Below are positions 48,901 through 58,407 of a stretch of DNA of 64,000 bases, one piece after another. The DNA is from Nitrospirota bacterium (GTDB lineage Bacteria > Nitrospirota > UBA9217). The stretch is from positions 576,001 to 640,000 of the forward strand of contig CAVVUN010000012.1 in NCBI GenBank assembly GCA_963751455.1, in the 5' to 3' direction. The translations under genes were made by a program, and so were the position numbers. How positions within the stretch are numbered: position 1 is the first letter of the stretch; every line of letters begins with the position of its first letter. The notes below the pieces were generated by a model, which saw only the letters and a list, made by a program, of their open reading frames with translations, was not told the DNA's origin and made no database searches.

Positions 48901-51202
48901 TGCCTGTTCAACGTGCCATGGTGCATACGGCGGAGAGGCTACGAATAACGCGGGTAAATCCCTGGCCGCGGACGGCAACGCTTTCTGTCTCACCTGTCAC
49001 AGCAACACCGGGTCGTACCCGGCACATCATGGGGTCGCGGCAGTAGCAACAGCAGGCAAAGACTGCACCGATTGTCATAAAACTTTGATTGCCGGGCCGG
49101 GACAAGCTGGTGTCCCGGGTAACCCGCTTGCAGCCACGAACGCAAACTGCCTGCTGTGCCACAGCAGCGCTATTGGAACGGCTATAGCGATCATACCCGG
49201 CACGAACCACCATGGAGCCGGATTGCAAAATTGCACGACGTGCCACGGTGCATCCGGCGGAGAGGCGCCGAATAACGGGGGAAAATCCCTGGCTGCGGAC
49301 GGCAATGCTTTCTGTCTTACCTGCCACAGCAACGGCGGCAGTATCCCAGCCCACCATGCTGTTCCTGCCTTGAAGCCCGCGGGCAAGAACTGTTCAGCCT
49401 GTCATAATGGCGGCGGTGTAGCGCCGGCCGATAATAGCAACGCAGCCTGCATGCAGTGCCATGATCAGCCCTGGACCAGAACGGACGGCGTTACAAGCCT
49501 GGCAACGGTGAGCGCGGGCGTAAATCACCACACCGGGACATGTACGACCTGCCACACAGAGGGAGCCGCAACTATGATGTGGGCGGTAAGCCCGAGCGAT
49601 CCCGGTCTGAACTCCGACGGCACCGTAACGAATACGGCTGATGGTAACACTGCATGTATGACCTGTCACAGCACTGCGCAGGGCGGCAAAGTAGCGATTG
49701 TCACGAGCGGGGCCGGCGACAACCACCACGGCATGACCTTCGGCACCCCGGCTGAAACGCGCGCTCCGTGCGTGTCGTGCCACACGGGTAACGGCGGCGT
49801 TGCTTTTTCAGGCGGTAATACGCTCTGTTTGTCGTGCCATCAAAACTACCCGACTCCCAACGCGCTGGTCCAGGAAGCACAAAAGGGTGAGACCCCTGTA
49901 CCAGGCGCAAATCACCATTACGGCGTCTGCCTGAGCTGCCACATCCCGCAGCAGACGAACGGCTCGCTTGGCGTAACAGGGCCCGGAATACTACCGGTCA
50001 CCAGCGGCTGCAATGCATGCCATACCGTCGGAGGGCCGAACGGCCCCGGGATACAACACCATGATACCGTGCAGATTGCCGGCTGCGATCAATGTCATCT
50101 TTCGGCCGGTGTGAGGCCGACAGAGCACGGCACGAACATACTTCAAACATGCACGGATTGTCATACTGCCGCGCTGGCAACGATAAACCATCCGTGGTCG
50201 GGCTTGAATTGTACGAGCTGCCATGGAACGTCCGCGCCGACTGTTCCTGAAGGCGTCTGCGACAAGTGCCATACTTTGGATGCATTCGGCGCTGGCGCCG
50301 TTGTTGTTCGTTTCTGGCAGACGATTCATCAACCTATAGCGACAGCGGAATTCAAGTTCAGCTACAGTACGTCCGTGCCGAAGAAGGTTACGTTCACAAA
50401 TATAGGTACTAATTGTTCCGGTCCTGCCTGGGACTTCGGGGATGGTAGCACCGGAACCGGTTCGTCCGTGGATCATATTTACGATATTGTGGTCTCTTCC
50501 GCCACAATAACGATGACCTGCAGCGAAGGCGCTTCAAAGTCAAGAACCGTCTCCCCCAGGTCATTGTCGGCAGCGGCAGCGCCTTCCGTTGCATTGAACT
50601 TTAGTCCCGCAGTGACAGGCTACTCCATCGATCTTACCGATCTTACCGATTATGGTGTTTACAGTGGTGGTACGGGATCGATAAGAATCTCGTGGGGTGA
50701 CGGCAAATATACGACCGTGCCGAAAGGAACGACAACTATGTCGCATCTTTACCCCAGGGCGAGAAAATATACCATCGTAATTTATGCGACGCTGAATCCG
50801 GCGTCCGGATATTTTGGCCAGAGATTGAGGACAAAAATATCTGTTACGGTGGAACGTTTGATCGTATCCGGCATCATAACCAAGCCCGGCGGCACTACCC
50901 CATTCTCGGGCGTAATAATGACCTTGATGCACAACGGCAAAATCTTGAAAAAAGCAGTTACAAACTCATACGGGATGTACACATTCAGGAATGTAGTGCC
51001 GAACCATGTATTGGCGACGTATCCCACATCGACCAATTACTTCGATTATACAATCGAGGCGACCAAGAGAACCGGCAAGCTGATCAGCGACGGAACAACC
51101 ACGATACGTGAGGTCTACACCTGGACTCCTTCCCTCATCACGACAACGATAACGAATACGAGCCAGAGCGGTAAAAACTTCGAGGCCCTTCCACTGCCGT
51201 AA
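45965..51202 (+). CDS. Giant secreted multiheme cytochrome C (~35 hemes, conserved PKD/Ig tail)
   Basis: 34 CxxCH plus CMSMGCH; N-terminal domain paralogous to B (GHKNM, SWDQWGI.CSRCH, FLNSPH); tail ends FEALPLP. Confidence 0.92.
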   Translation: MNVRKNLIFWAALFFTAIPLSGNANPDFNRDGAVRDPASQSGWALPALDPDTSDHDNCLRCHQPGGPAADVSGYLKGGHKNMARPADGNAWGMPGVDATHPASSWLADAGLDPLTGLFEKLGIQEDYPQMFVNWSPRTISLAYCAKSDGTIGSDDVPDLVACPTCESPIMANGTAGYPLNYPNQTTCETARHPLTGTTDYLWVDEGDQPLYWIYGGAGLRRNPAVFERGSQVYSCARCHTTGWTANDINTDPDLDPDRAFDPNKLPYGNPAWSLATFTTMTTLGNPSQLLLDPGMPLWPADGTTATDTARNLSSWDQWGIECSRCHMSFYDGHSTWPNPSSAFNGSGITTGGDITALCMNCHRQENTGPGKNGVPLLLTNGSTTSDMGAKLLYTNRAAQPDGFSHHADGNEFLNSPHAKFKGNWGQIGCPPYSIVPGDPSFPGTPPRVNYPIVPTGEYCSRAIMNFNGTTTASLYFSKFARAVVVDLGQNTSTAGGCTSCHNVHETTNENSSGWSAGAFNATCTDCHSNPAATITVSQVNLSLMYHPTGPGTPMENPAKACSICHQPEGMKHLWRINTDPNYITFPTYTNSESLASTAVDTTGYNAVWVDLDHACGQCHGGGVSATDLATTGTIDTSPTGSKTLTVDDATGFAAGKKIHIADAGVSGGPFKTIISSVSGSTVNLSYAVVSSVAGAAVTVSGNPAAEGAPYLTGTQIAESAKTIHDGNVNSMTCSVCHTIGTGHHVTGTTSCSTCHTARLHTLVLPPSGNPSYNSEHVTPGTGCLGCHGPGGLATHNTITADGADDNHHSNAGSCTSCHGASGGEAPNNAGKSLAADRNDFCLTCHSNSGSYPVHHGVAAVATAGKDCMSMGCHAANAGAPGNALPATNANCLLCHNSAIGTAPAIVLGTNHHSGVNCAVCHLAEPFAVLPPAGNPEYNSSTGHITPGTGCLGCHGPGGLATHNTITADGAGDNHHSNQGACSTCHGAYGGEATNNAGKSLAADGNAFCLTCHSNTGSYPAHHGVAAVATAGKDCTDCHKTLIAGPGQAGVPGNPLAATNANCLLCHSSAIGTAIAIIPGTNHHGAGLQNCTTCHGASGGEAPNNGGKSLAADGNAFCLTCHSNGGSIPAHHAVPALKPAGKNCSACHNGGGVAPADNSNAACMQCHDQPWTRTDGVTSLATVSAGVNHHTGTCTTCHTEGAATMMWAVSPSDPGLNSDGTVTNTADGNTACMTCHSTAQGGKVAIVTSGAGDNHHGMTFGTPAETRAPCVSCHTGNGGVAFSGGNTLCLSCHQNYPTPNALVQEAQKGETPVPGANHHYGVCLSCHIPQQTNGSLGVTGPGILPVTSGCNACHTVGGPNGPGIQHHDTVQIAGCDQCHLSAGVRPTEHGTNILQTCTDCHTAALATINHPWSGLNCTSCHGTSAPTVPEGVCDKCHTLDAFGAGAVVVRFWQTIHQPIATAEFKFSYSTSVPKKVTFTNIGTNCSGPAWDFGDGSTGTGSSVDHIYDIVVSSATITMTCSEGASKSRTVSPRSLSAAAAPSVALNFSPAVTGYSIDLTDLTDYGVYSGGTGSIRISWGDGKYTTVPKGTTTMSHLYPRARKYTIVIYATLNPASGYFGQRLRTKISVTVERLIVSGIITKPGGTTPFSGVIMTLMHNGKILKKAVTNSYGMYTFRNVVPNHVLATYPTSTNYFDYTIEATKRTGKLISDGTTTIREVYTWTPSLITTTITNTSQSGKNFEALPLP

Positions 51203-51227
51203 ACAGCATTATCTTTACCTGCTAAAT

Positions 51228-51263
51228 AAACAGGCAGTCCCCAGACATCGGGACTGCCTGTTT
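51228..51263 (+). terminator. Shared intrinsic terminator
   Basis: AAACAGGCAGTCCC...GGGACTGCCTGTTT. Confidence 0.8.
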
Positions 51264-51629
51264 AAGAGTCTTAATCCGGCTCATACGATTTTTATCGCCG
51301 TCCCGCCTAATAACAGCTCAAGATTCGATCAAGATGCGTAATATGACCCCAAAAGGTTGGGTTATACCGCGCAAACCCAGGACCTAATACGGCATAGTTT
51401 AGCAATTGCATTGTTTATAAACAATATTTGACATGGTAAGACTATTGCATCTAAAATTATTATTCGCATATTTATCAATGACATTAAGTTGAATATCATT
51501 TATAAGTTCGTTTATGTTATCGCTCATAATGTAAGTTACAATGTTTCGCAAATATGCTACTATAATTATAGAATTTGCAGTATTGCAAAAAAGTAACTTT
51601 ATTTTTATCGAAAAACCAAGGACATATGT

Positions 51630-51645
51630 CGGCATGTTTAGTGCA
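51630..51645 (+). promoter_or_regulatory. Possible sigma-54 promoter for the small zinc-ribbon gene
   Basis: CGGCATGTTTAGTGCA = GG-N10-GC, imperfect -12 box. Confidence 0.4.
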
Positions 51646-51699
51646 TTCAATAAGAACTTAGCCTTTTAAAAATGCTATTGAATTGTGAAGGTCGGCGTG

Positions 51700-51906
51700 A
51701 TGAAAAACGAATCTATTATTCGTTATTGTCTTTCAGAAAAAGGGAATTGCCCTATATGTAAAACAAACGTCAAGCAGGTTGCAAAAGACTACACAATATT
51801 TAAATCCAAGCCCGTAATTATCTATCAGGACAGAATCGAGACAAAATGCCCTAATTGCAGCAGACCGCTTGTCGATAAGATAAATAGTAGACTCTATTCA
51901 GAGTAG
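51700..51906 (+). CDS. Small zinc-ribbon protein (Com-like)
   Basis: CPIC...IETKCPNC in 68 aa, followed by a terminator. Confidence 0.6.
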   Translation: MKNESIIRYCLSEKGNCPICKTNVKQVAKDYTIFKSKPVIIYQDRIETKCPNCSRPLVDKINSRLYSE

Positions 51907-51934
51907 ACGGCAAAGAAGTCTCTTAAAGACAAAG

Positions 51935-51979
51935 AAGCCGGGATTGTATATTGCGAATGCAATATAATCCCGGCTTTTT
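51935..51979 (+). terminator. Intrinsic terminator
   Basis: AAGCCGGGATT..TATTGC/GCAATA..AATCCCGGCTT followed by T-tract. Confidence 0.75.
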
Positions 51980-52004
51980 ATTTTTTTGCTTTGAACCGCT
52001 TAAG

Positions 52005-52204
52005 CCTAAAAAAGCATTTGGGACGCAGAAAAATCGGATAAACGCAGATAAGGTCGGATAAAAAAACGTTCTTGTATCGTAAAAGCAGTCACCCTGCGGG
52101 TGAATTTTTTCTCTAAAAATTCTTTTGTTTGATCCGCGGTTATCGTTCGACTGAGCTCACGCCGAAGTCTGCGTTCATCTGCGTCCAAATGCCGTTTTCA
52201 GGTT
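52005..52204. repeat. Dispersed repeat copy 2 with a 25-bp insertion
   Basis: Matches 25949-26126 apart from extra 52145-52169 and a few substitutions. Confidence 0.85.
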
Positions 52205-52645
52205 AATGATTAGATCGTAATCTTGCCTAACCTGAAATTGGCCGAACCAAATTTGCCACGAAGACACAAAGGCACGAGGAATAGAAAATCGATTTCTTGC
52301 TTGTGCTTGATATTATAACTAATTATTTTTTGTGGTTTGTTCACTCCCCCGGGTAACAGCTACAGAAAATAATAAAGTAAAGGAGGTTAAACAAGAAATA
52401 TTACAGTAAAGCTTTGCACATATAATTGCAATGTTATGCATATTTGCAATTATATGTCTTTAAGTTCCCCCAAAAAACTCTAATTAGCTGGCAGGCTGAA
52501 AGGAGGCCACAAACGTATAATAATTCCTCGTGCTTTTTGGTATAAGAAGCGCAACGATCTAACTTTGCCTTTTGCAGGCAAGGTTTTTGTATTCGGTTTC
52601 AAATACTGTTCGTTAGACAATCTATGAATTAGAGGAGACGAAAAC

Positions 52646-55600
52646 ATGGGTAAAATACACCTCAGGGGCAAGATAGTTTTGTTTATTGCTGTCTGCCTCT
52701 TCATGAGTGTTGCGACGGCCTATGCACACACCCTGGATGTCACGTTGAAGGACTCCCTGGGTTCGGCCGTTTCCAGCACAACGCCGTACAGCCCCAAAAT
52801 GACGTGCGGCGGCTGCCACTTCAATTGCAGTGACGGTTCCTACAGCACCGACAAAAACACGTGGTGCGACAACAGCGGCGCCGGCAAAATGCAGAAAGAC
52901 TGCTCTGCAGCCGGCAACTGCCCGGACTATGAATCAGCGGCAACGACGGAAGTCAGCAAGGTGCAGGGTTACGCGGATTCCAATGGCGTTACCACGTACA
53001 TGACGTATACGGTTAAAGCGCCTGTTCACGGCGCTTCCGTGGGCAAACACAGCACGTTAGGCAGGAATGAAGGCCTGGTAGCCGCTCAGCGCTCTATCTG
53101 GGGAGCCCCGGCTACCATCAGCGGGCCCGGCATGTCCGGCCGCTACTGACCGCCCTCCAACCGCCAGTTGGCGGGAAAAATCATCAATGACGACACAGAG
53201 AGCGGTCGTTTAAGAGAAATAGAATTGAGCACTCCGAATTTCGCGAAGGACTGCGGCGTCTGCCATGTAGGCGGCGGACAGATGGAATACGACTACGATA
53301 TGAAAGCCTACGGCGACCCGTCTTCAACGGACATCGCCAGCAGGTATACCTACAGGCCGAACAGGGTTGCCGGAGACGGCAGCATTGTCCCGGGCGGAAT
53401 CGTTTCCACAGATACGAATTCGACCAGGGAGCTTTTCGGCGACAACAAGGTTGAAGTCGATTGTATGATGTGTCACATGGACGGCCTCAGGACAGGCGCT
53501 GCCTGGTACAAGTCCCTGGGGTGCAGCTCCACGAATCCCGTGGGCCCGGCGGACGATCCCACCTGCAGCGGACCGCAGTTTGCGGGTGTGGATACGGATG
53601 CAGGCACGTTCTATGATTCATACAACAGGAACATCTCGGTATCATTGGGCTATCTGAAGCAGGCTGCCACTGCAGGTCTCGGCGCCCTGATTGATCTGGC
53701 AAGCGGTACGCTCAGCAATGTGCCCTCCACGATTCCGGCTGAGAAAATCACTTCAACACCGAACAGCAATAACTGCGCAATGTGCCATGCAAGGACCAAT
53801 TCCGACAGCATCGGTCTTCCCATGGAAGCGGCCAAGTACGGCGGCATGACAACCGGCTTCGGCAACTTCTTCAGGATGACTGCCGCAGAGCAGGCCTTCG
53901 ATTTCGATGAGATTGACGGCAGCGGAGCCATAGCTTCCGGAAAAGACGGCAAAAACGACACACTCTGGAACGAGTTCGGCTGCAAAACCGGCATGGGCAA
54001 GCGGTCCCAGCGCTCAGGTGTCGGCACCCAGGACAGGTTCGGTTTCGGTATCTGTCTCGGTTGCGCCACGTTTAACGCCATGGGCGGCGACATGACGACC
54101 GGCTGGTTTAGCAACGGTCTATGCGCAATGCCGAGTGTTCAGGCGGCCTGCAACGAGGCGGCCGGAACCACGTTACAGGGTAGCGAGGGTCAGTGGATGG
54201 GTATTTTCGAAGATCCTATGACCATGCTGCCTAAGAAAGTCGCGGGCAAGATGTCAGACACCGATGTTCATGATGCCGCCGGGGTAAAGTGCGCAACCTG
54301 CCACTATACCCTCTCCGGAGATTTCGCCGGAAGGACGATCTCGTCCGGCGCGACATCCTATACGTATCCCGGTATTGCGGGCGTGCAGAAGATGGACCAC
54401 CAGGTTGCACAGGGATGGAGCACGCTCGAAAAAGCAAATGACGTGTTTGACGGGACGGTTACCTGCGAAGGCTGTCATATCGAAGGGACCCATCCCAACA
54501 AGGGTACGGCGCCTGTTCCTGCCCACGCCGGCTTCCCGGCATTCCATTTCGAAAAAATCGACTGCAGGACATGCCACATACCCAGAATATTCTCGTCGCC
54601 CGGAAGACTGTTGTTCAGAGACTGGACAACGGGCGGGTACCGGCAGACCGACGGCGCCAACGGCAACGCCAACCACTTCGACTTTGCCTTCAACTTCATG
54701 GAAGGCGGAGCAACGCCGATGATTCCGTTAAAGCAATGGATCAAAGTTCAGGAACCGACCGGTGCTGTAGTGAAGATAGCGCCCGGACTTCCCTCCATGC
54801 TGCCGATGTGGGTGGGCAAGGGTTCTCCGAACGGTGCGGATTACATCCCGCTCAAGACAAGAGACGTCACCGCAGCAGCCGCGCTCGTTGCGGCGAATAA
54901 TCCCAGCTTCGGGATACGCATCAACGAAACGAACGATGTTGCCGCATTCAACGGCTTCCAGCTTACTGATCCCCTGAAGATCGAATCTGCAGCCAAGATC
55001 GCAGCGATGAGAGCCGAGCTTTTGGGAACAGGAGCGGGACTGGCAACGCATAGCGCATATGTCGACCCGAAGATGAACCTGCAGCCCTTCTTCTTCGACC
55101 CGTCCCACGGTATCACCGACAGTTCATTGGCCCTCGGATCGCCGTCAGCCGGCGGCTGCGTGATGTGCCATTCGAGCTCTGTCCCGGGAAATCCGAACTA
55201 CAGCCCCTACTCCGTCGGCTTCTTTGACGGTCAAAAGGAGCTGCTCAAGAACGGGTTTATGCAGATGGCTGATTATGACTGCGGCGGCGATGATATGCAT
55301 CAGCTGAACGCGAGTCTGTACGGTAACACACCCGGCGGCTGGACCGCAGCCAACACGATGTGCCAAATGTTCGATTCCAACGCCAGCGGCACATGCGATG
55401 GTGACGAACTGCTTGCCTGCAAGACGTACATCGCAAGCAACCTGTTCCCGATGTTCGGCATGCCTGCTGACATCTCAACAGCCATGCCGGTCGACGGCAT
55501 CGACATGATGCAGATGTTCTCGATCCGGGAAGGCAGCTTCGCACTCGGCTGCAATCCGGTCTACTCGTTCTTCGGGTTCCCGACTGCAGGCCGTATGACT

Positions 55601-57100
55601 GGACCGGGCTCCATGACGAACGGCACCGGACCTACGAACGGCTGCGAGGCGACTGATTTCTACAGCCGCGACGAGACAAGACTGTATTACAAGAAGAACC
55701 TTCAGCAGGTCCAGGACGGCGGAGCGAACAAGGTCTTCGGCAACATAAAAGTGGGACCGACGTTCGCCACGTACGACATCGGATCAAAGTGCATCACCGA
55801 CCCGATGACAGGCGCAACCGGCACATGCACGAATGGAGGTTATATAGCTACGACGGTCTCTGAGAAGACGCTTCTGGGCTATGACACCGCAACCCTTGAT
55901 AAACTCATGAACGGGTCGGCGGTGAGCACCATGAATTGCGTTGGGTGCCATCCCACCCAGACACATACCACTCACGTGGTTACATATGCCGACACCTGCA
56001 CAACGTGCCATACAACAACGCATATAACCATACCGTCGTCGGCAACAATGTCCTCATGCGAGGGTTGCCACTCTCAGACGATGTCGACTCTGAGCCATTC
56101 TACAACAGGTACTACAACGCCTCAGAATTGCGGCTCCTGCCATGCAACAGCAGGTGTTGTGCCTACAATCTCGGCGTGCGAGTCATGTCATGGTACCCCG
56201 GTTTCGTCTATGGTCGACCTGCGGTTTTCCCAGATTCACAGCGGATCACTGCCAAGGCCGGCTTTCAGCTGGACGAACGACGCTGTAACGCCGTTCAAGA
56301 TCCTGTTTAGCGGAGCGTCGTCAACGAACTGCTCGACCTACTCATGGAATTTCGGCGACGGTTCTTCAGCGACCGGTATAACCACGGACCATACGTATGC
56401 CCTCGCCACTTCCCAGACCGTAACGATGACTTGCGGCGATGCATCAACGTCCGCATCCGTATCCAAAACGGTCTACCCGAGAGCAGCAGCAGCTCCCGCT
56501 ATTACCCCGGCTGCAAACGTAGTCACAGACGGATACCACGTAACCTTAACGGATACGACTGTGGCTTCGGGCATGACAGGGACAATAACAATCATGTGGG
56601 GCGACGGTCAGCGCAGCTACATACGAATGGGCGGCGAAGCCGACCATCTGTACCGCAGAGCGAGAACGTACAATGTCATGATGATGCTAAGAACCGACAC
56701 CCCCGGATACAGGGTAGAGGCCTCCAGGGCTAAGATACCGGTTACGATCGAGCGTTTGATCATATCCGGCCTCGTAACCAAGCCAGGCGGCACTACCCCG
56801 TTCCCGGGCGTGATCATGACCCTGAAGCACAACGGTAATACCGTGAAGAAGGCGGTTACCAACTCCTTCGGTGCATACACGTTCAGAAACGTAGTGCCGA
56901 ACGTGGTATTGGAGACGTATCCGACACCGACGACATACTCTGATTATACGATCGAGGCATTGAAGAGAACCGGCAGACTGGTCAGCGACGGAACAACCAC
57001 AACACGAGAGGTTTATAGCTGGACACCTGCAACCATCACGACAACGGTTACGAATGCCACCGTAACTGTCAACGACTTCGAGGCCCAGCCTTTACCGTAA
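52646..57100 (+). CDS. Probable selenocysteine-containing multiheme cytochrome D (1484 aa, 13 CxxCH; octaheme tetrathionate-reductase-like head + conserved tail)
   Basis: ORFs 52646-53149 and 53168-57100 are in frame, separated only by TGA 53147-53149 (GRY-U-PPSNRQLAGK); signal peptide only in the first part; SECIS-like hairpin. Confidence 0.8.
53161..53174 (+). promoter_or_regulatory. Bacterial SECIS-like hairpin
   Basis: CCGCC-AGTT-GGCGG starting 11 nt after the TGA, GU in the apical loop. Confidence 0.7.
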
Positions 57101-57122
57101 GCAGTATTATTTTCACTTGATA

Positions 57123-57160
57123 AACAGGCAGTCGCCGAACATCGGGACTGCCTGTTCTTT
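57123..57160 (+). terminator. Shared intrinsic terminator
   Basis: AACAGGCAGTC...GACTGCCTGTTCTTT. Confidence 0.8.
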
Positions 57161-57161
57161 C

Positions 57162-57190
57162 TTGCCTTTTAACGAATAACATTATAGTAT
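57162..57190 (+). promoter_or_regulatory. Possible sigma-70-type promoter for the chaperone gene (conserved at 61801-61829)
   Basis: TTGCCT-N17-TAGTAT here and TTGCAC-N17-TAGTAT in the paralogous copy. Confidence 0.45.
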
Positions 57191-57231
57191 TCGAGAACAT
57201 TAAAAAAAATCTCGGTTCAAGGAGTAAATTG

Positions 57232-58227
57232 ATGAGATCAATAATTCGAAGTGCGGGCCACTTTACGATCTGCGTTTTCTTGGCTGTGGTTGTCCTGAGC
57301 GGATGCACGAAGCATTTGCCTGCCGCGGAAAAGGCCTCAAAAGAAGCTGCCGTGGTGAACGATGAAGCAAAAAAAATTGTTGTTGCAAAAGTGAACAACG
57401 CGGAATTGTCCATGGATTCGCTCGTCAAAATCATGAACCGTCTCCCGGATAAAACCGGCGGTGCAACCGAGAGCCTGGAAGAACGCAGGAAAAGGGCGTT
57501 GGACAGCCTGGTCCTGCTGGAGCTGGCATATCAGCGGGCCAAGGAGCAAAAATCGATGGTGGATCCAACCAAGATCGACTTATCAATCAGCAATTTTATA
57601 AATAACACCGGCGGCGAAAAGGAATATTCCGAATACCTGAAGAGTAACAATATCACTGAGGCTGACCTTCGTTCCGAGATAGAGCGGGGTCTTACAATTG
57701 AACAGATTTATGCCAAAGAAGTTGTCGACAGCGTTTCGATTCCCGAAGAAGAACTGCGCAGGGAGTACGAAAATGTACAAGAGCAGCTGATCCAGCCCGA
57801 GAAAGTTTCGATTATTGATGTCCACGTGTTGAAAAACGATGGCAAGGGGGCAAAAACAAAAGCAGAGAAATTACTCCGAATGATAAAAGCGGATGCTCGC
57901 CAGGACCCTTGGAAATTGATACTCGACGGGACCTTCACTGTCCGAAAGCTGCTTGTCCGGCCCGAACGGGAAAGAGAGCTCTACGAAGCTGCGAAGAAAT
58001 TGAAACCTCAACAATTCTCCGGCGTGATAAACGCATCTGACGGGGTCCATATCATCAAGCTGGAAAACTATTCACCCGAGAGAAAGCTTACATTTGAAGA
58101 GGCGAAAACAAAAATGGAGGCAACCTTGAAGGGCCCTGCTGTCGAAAAGAGGACCCGGGAATGGGAAGAGGAGTTGAAAAAAGACGCGAAGATCGAAATA
58201 TTGGATCCCGATATAACACCTCGCTAG
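57232..58227 (+). CDS. SurA/parvulin-like lipoprotein chaperone
   Basis: Lipobox LSGC; VVAKVNN, ALDSLVLLELA, WEEELKKDAKIEI. Confidence 0.82.
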   Translation: MRSIIRSAGHFTICVFLAVVVLSGCTKHLPAAEKASKEAAVVNDEAKKIVVAKVNNAELSMDSLVKIMNRLPDKTGGATESLEERRKRALDSLVLLELAYQRAKEQKSMVDPTKIDLSISNFINNTGGEKEYSEYLKSNNITEADLRSEIERGLTIEQIYAKEVVDSVSIPEEELRREYENVQEQLIQPEKVSIIDVHVLKNDGKGAKTKAEKLLRMIKADARQDPWKLILDGTFTVRKLLVRPERERELYEAAKKLKPQQFSGVINASDGVHIIKLENYSPERKLTFEEAKTKMEATLKGPAVEKRTREWEEELKKDAKIEILDPDITPR

Positions 58228-58407
58228 CTAGTGAAACAAGCTTCTGCTGTGTCGACAAACCGAATAGGAAAGCAAAAGCACCTGCCATAATGGGTGAAAT
58301 AACCCTCTCTCCGCACCTTTTCCCTCCAAAAAATTGTCCTCTTTGTTCAGACATTATGCAACTTAATGATTTATCTAATTTTTTTGGGCTGACAAGCGTA
58401 GATCTGT

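Noticed and set aside
51345-51410. Possible GEMM (c-di-GMP-I/cGAMP) riboswitch from GCAAACCCAGGACCTAA
   Set aside because: No GAAA-capped stem or matching 3' strand could be built; needs an Infernal search
53168-57100. Independent 1310-aa gene with TTG start
   Set aside because: No RBS or signal peptide; better explained as UGA read-through from 52646
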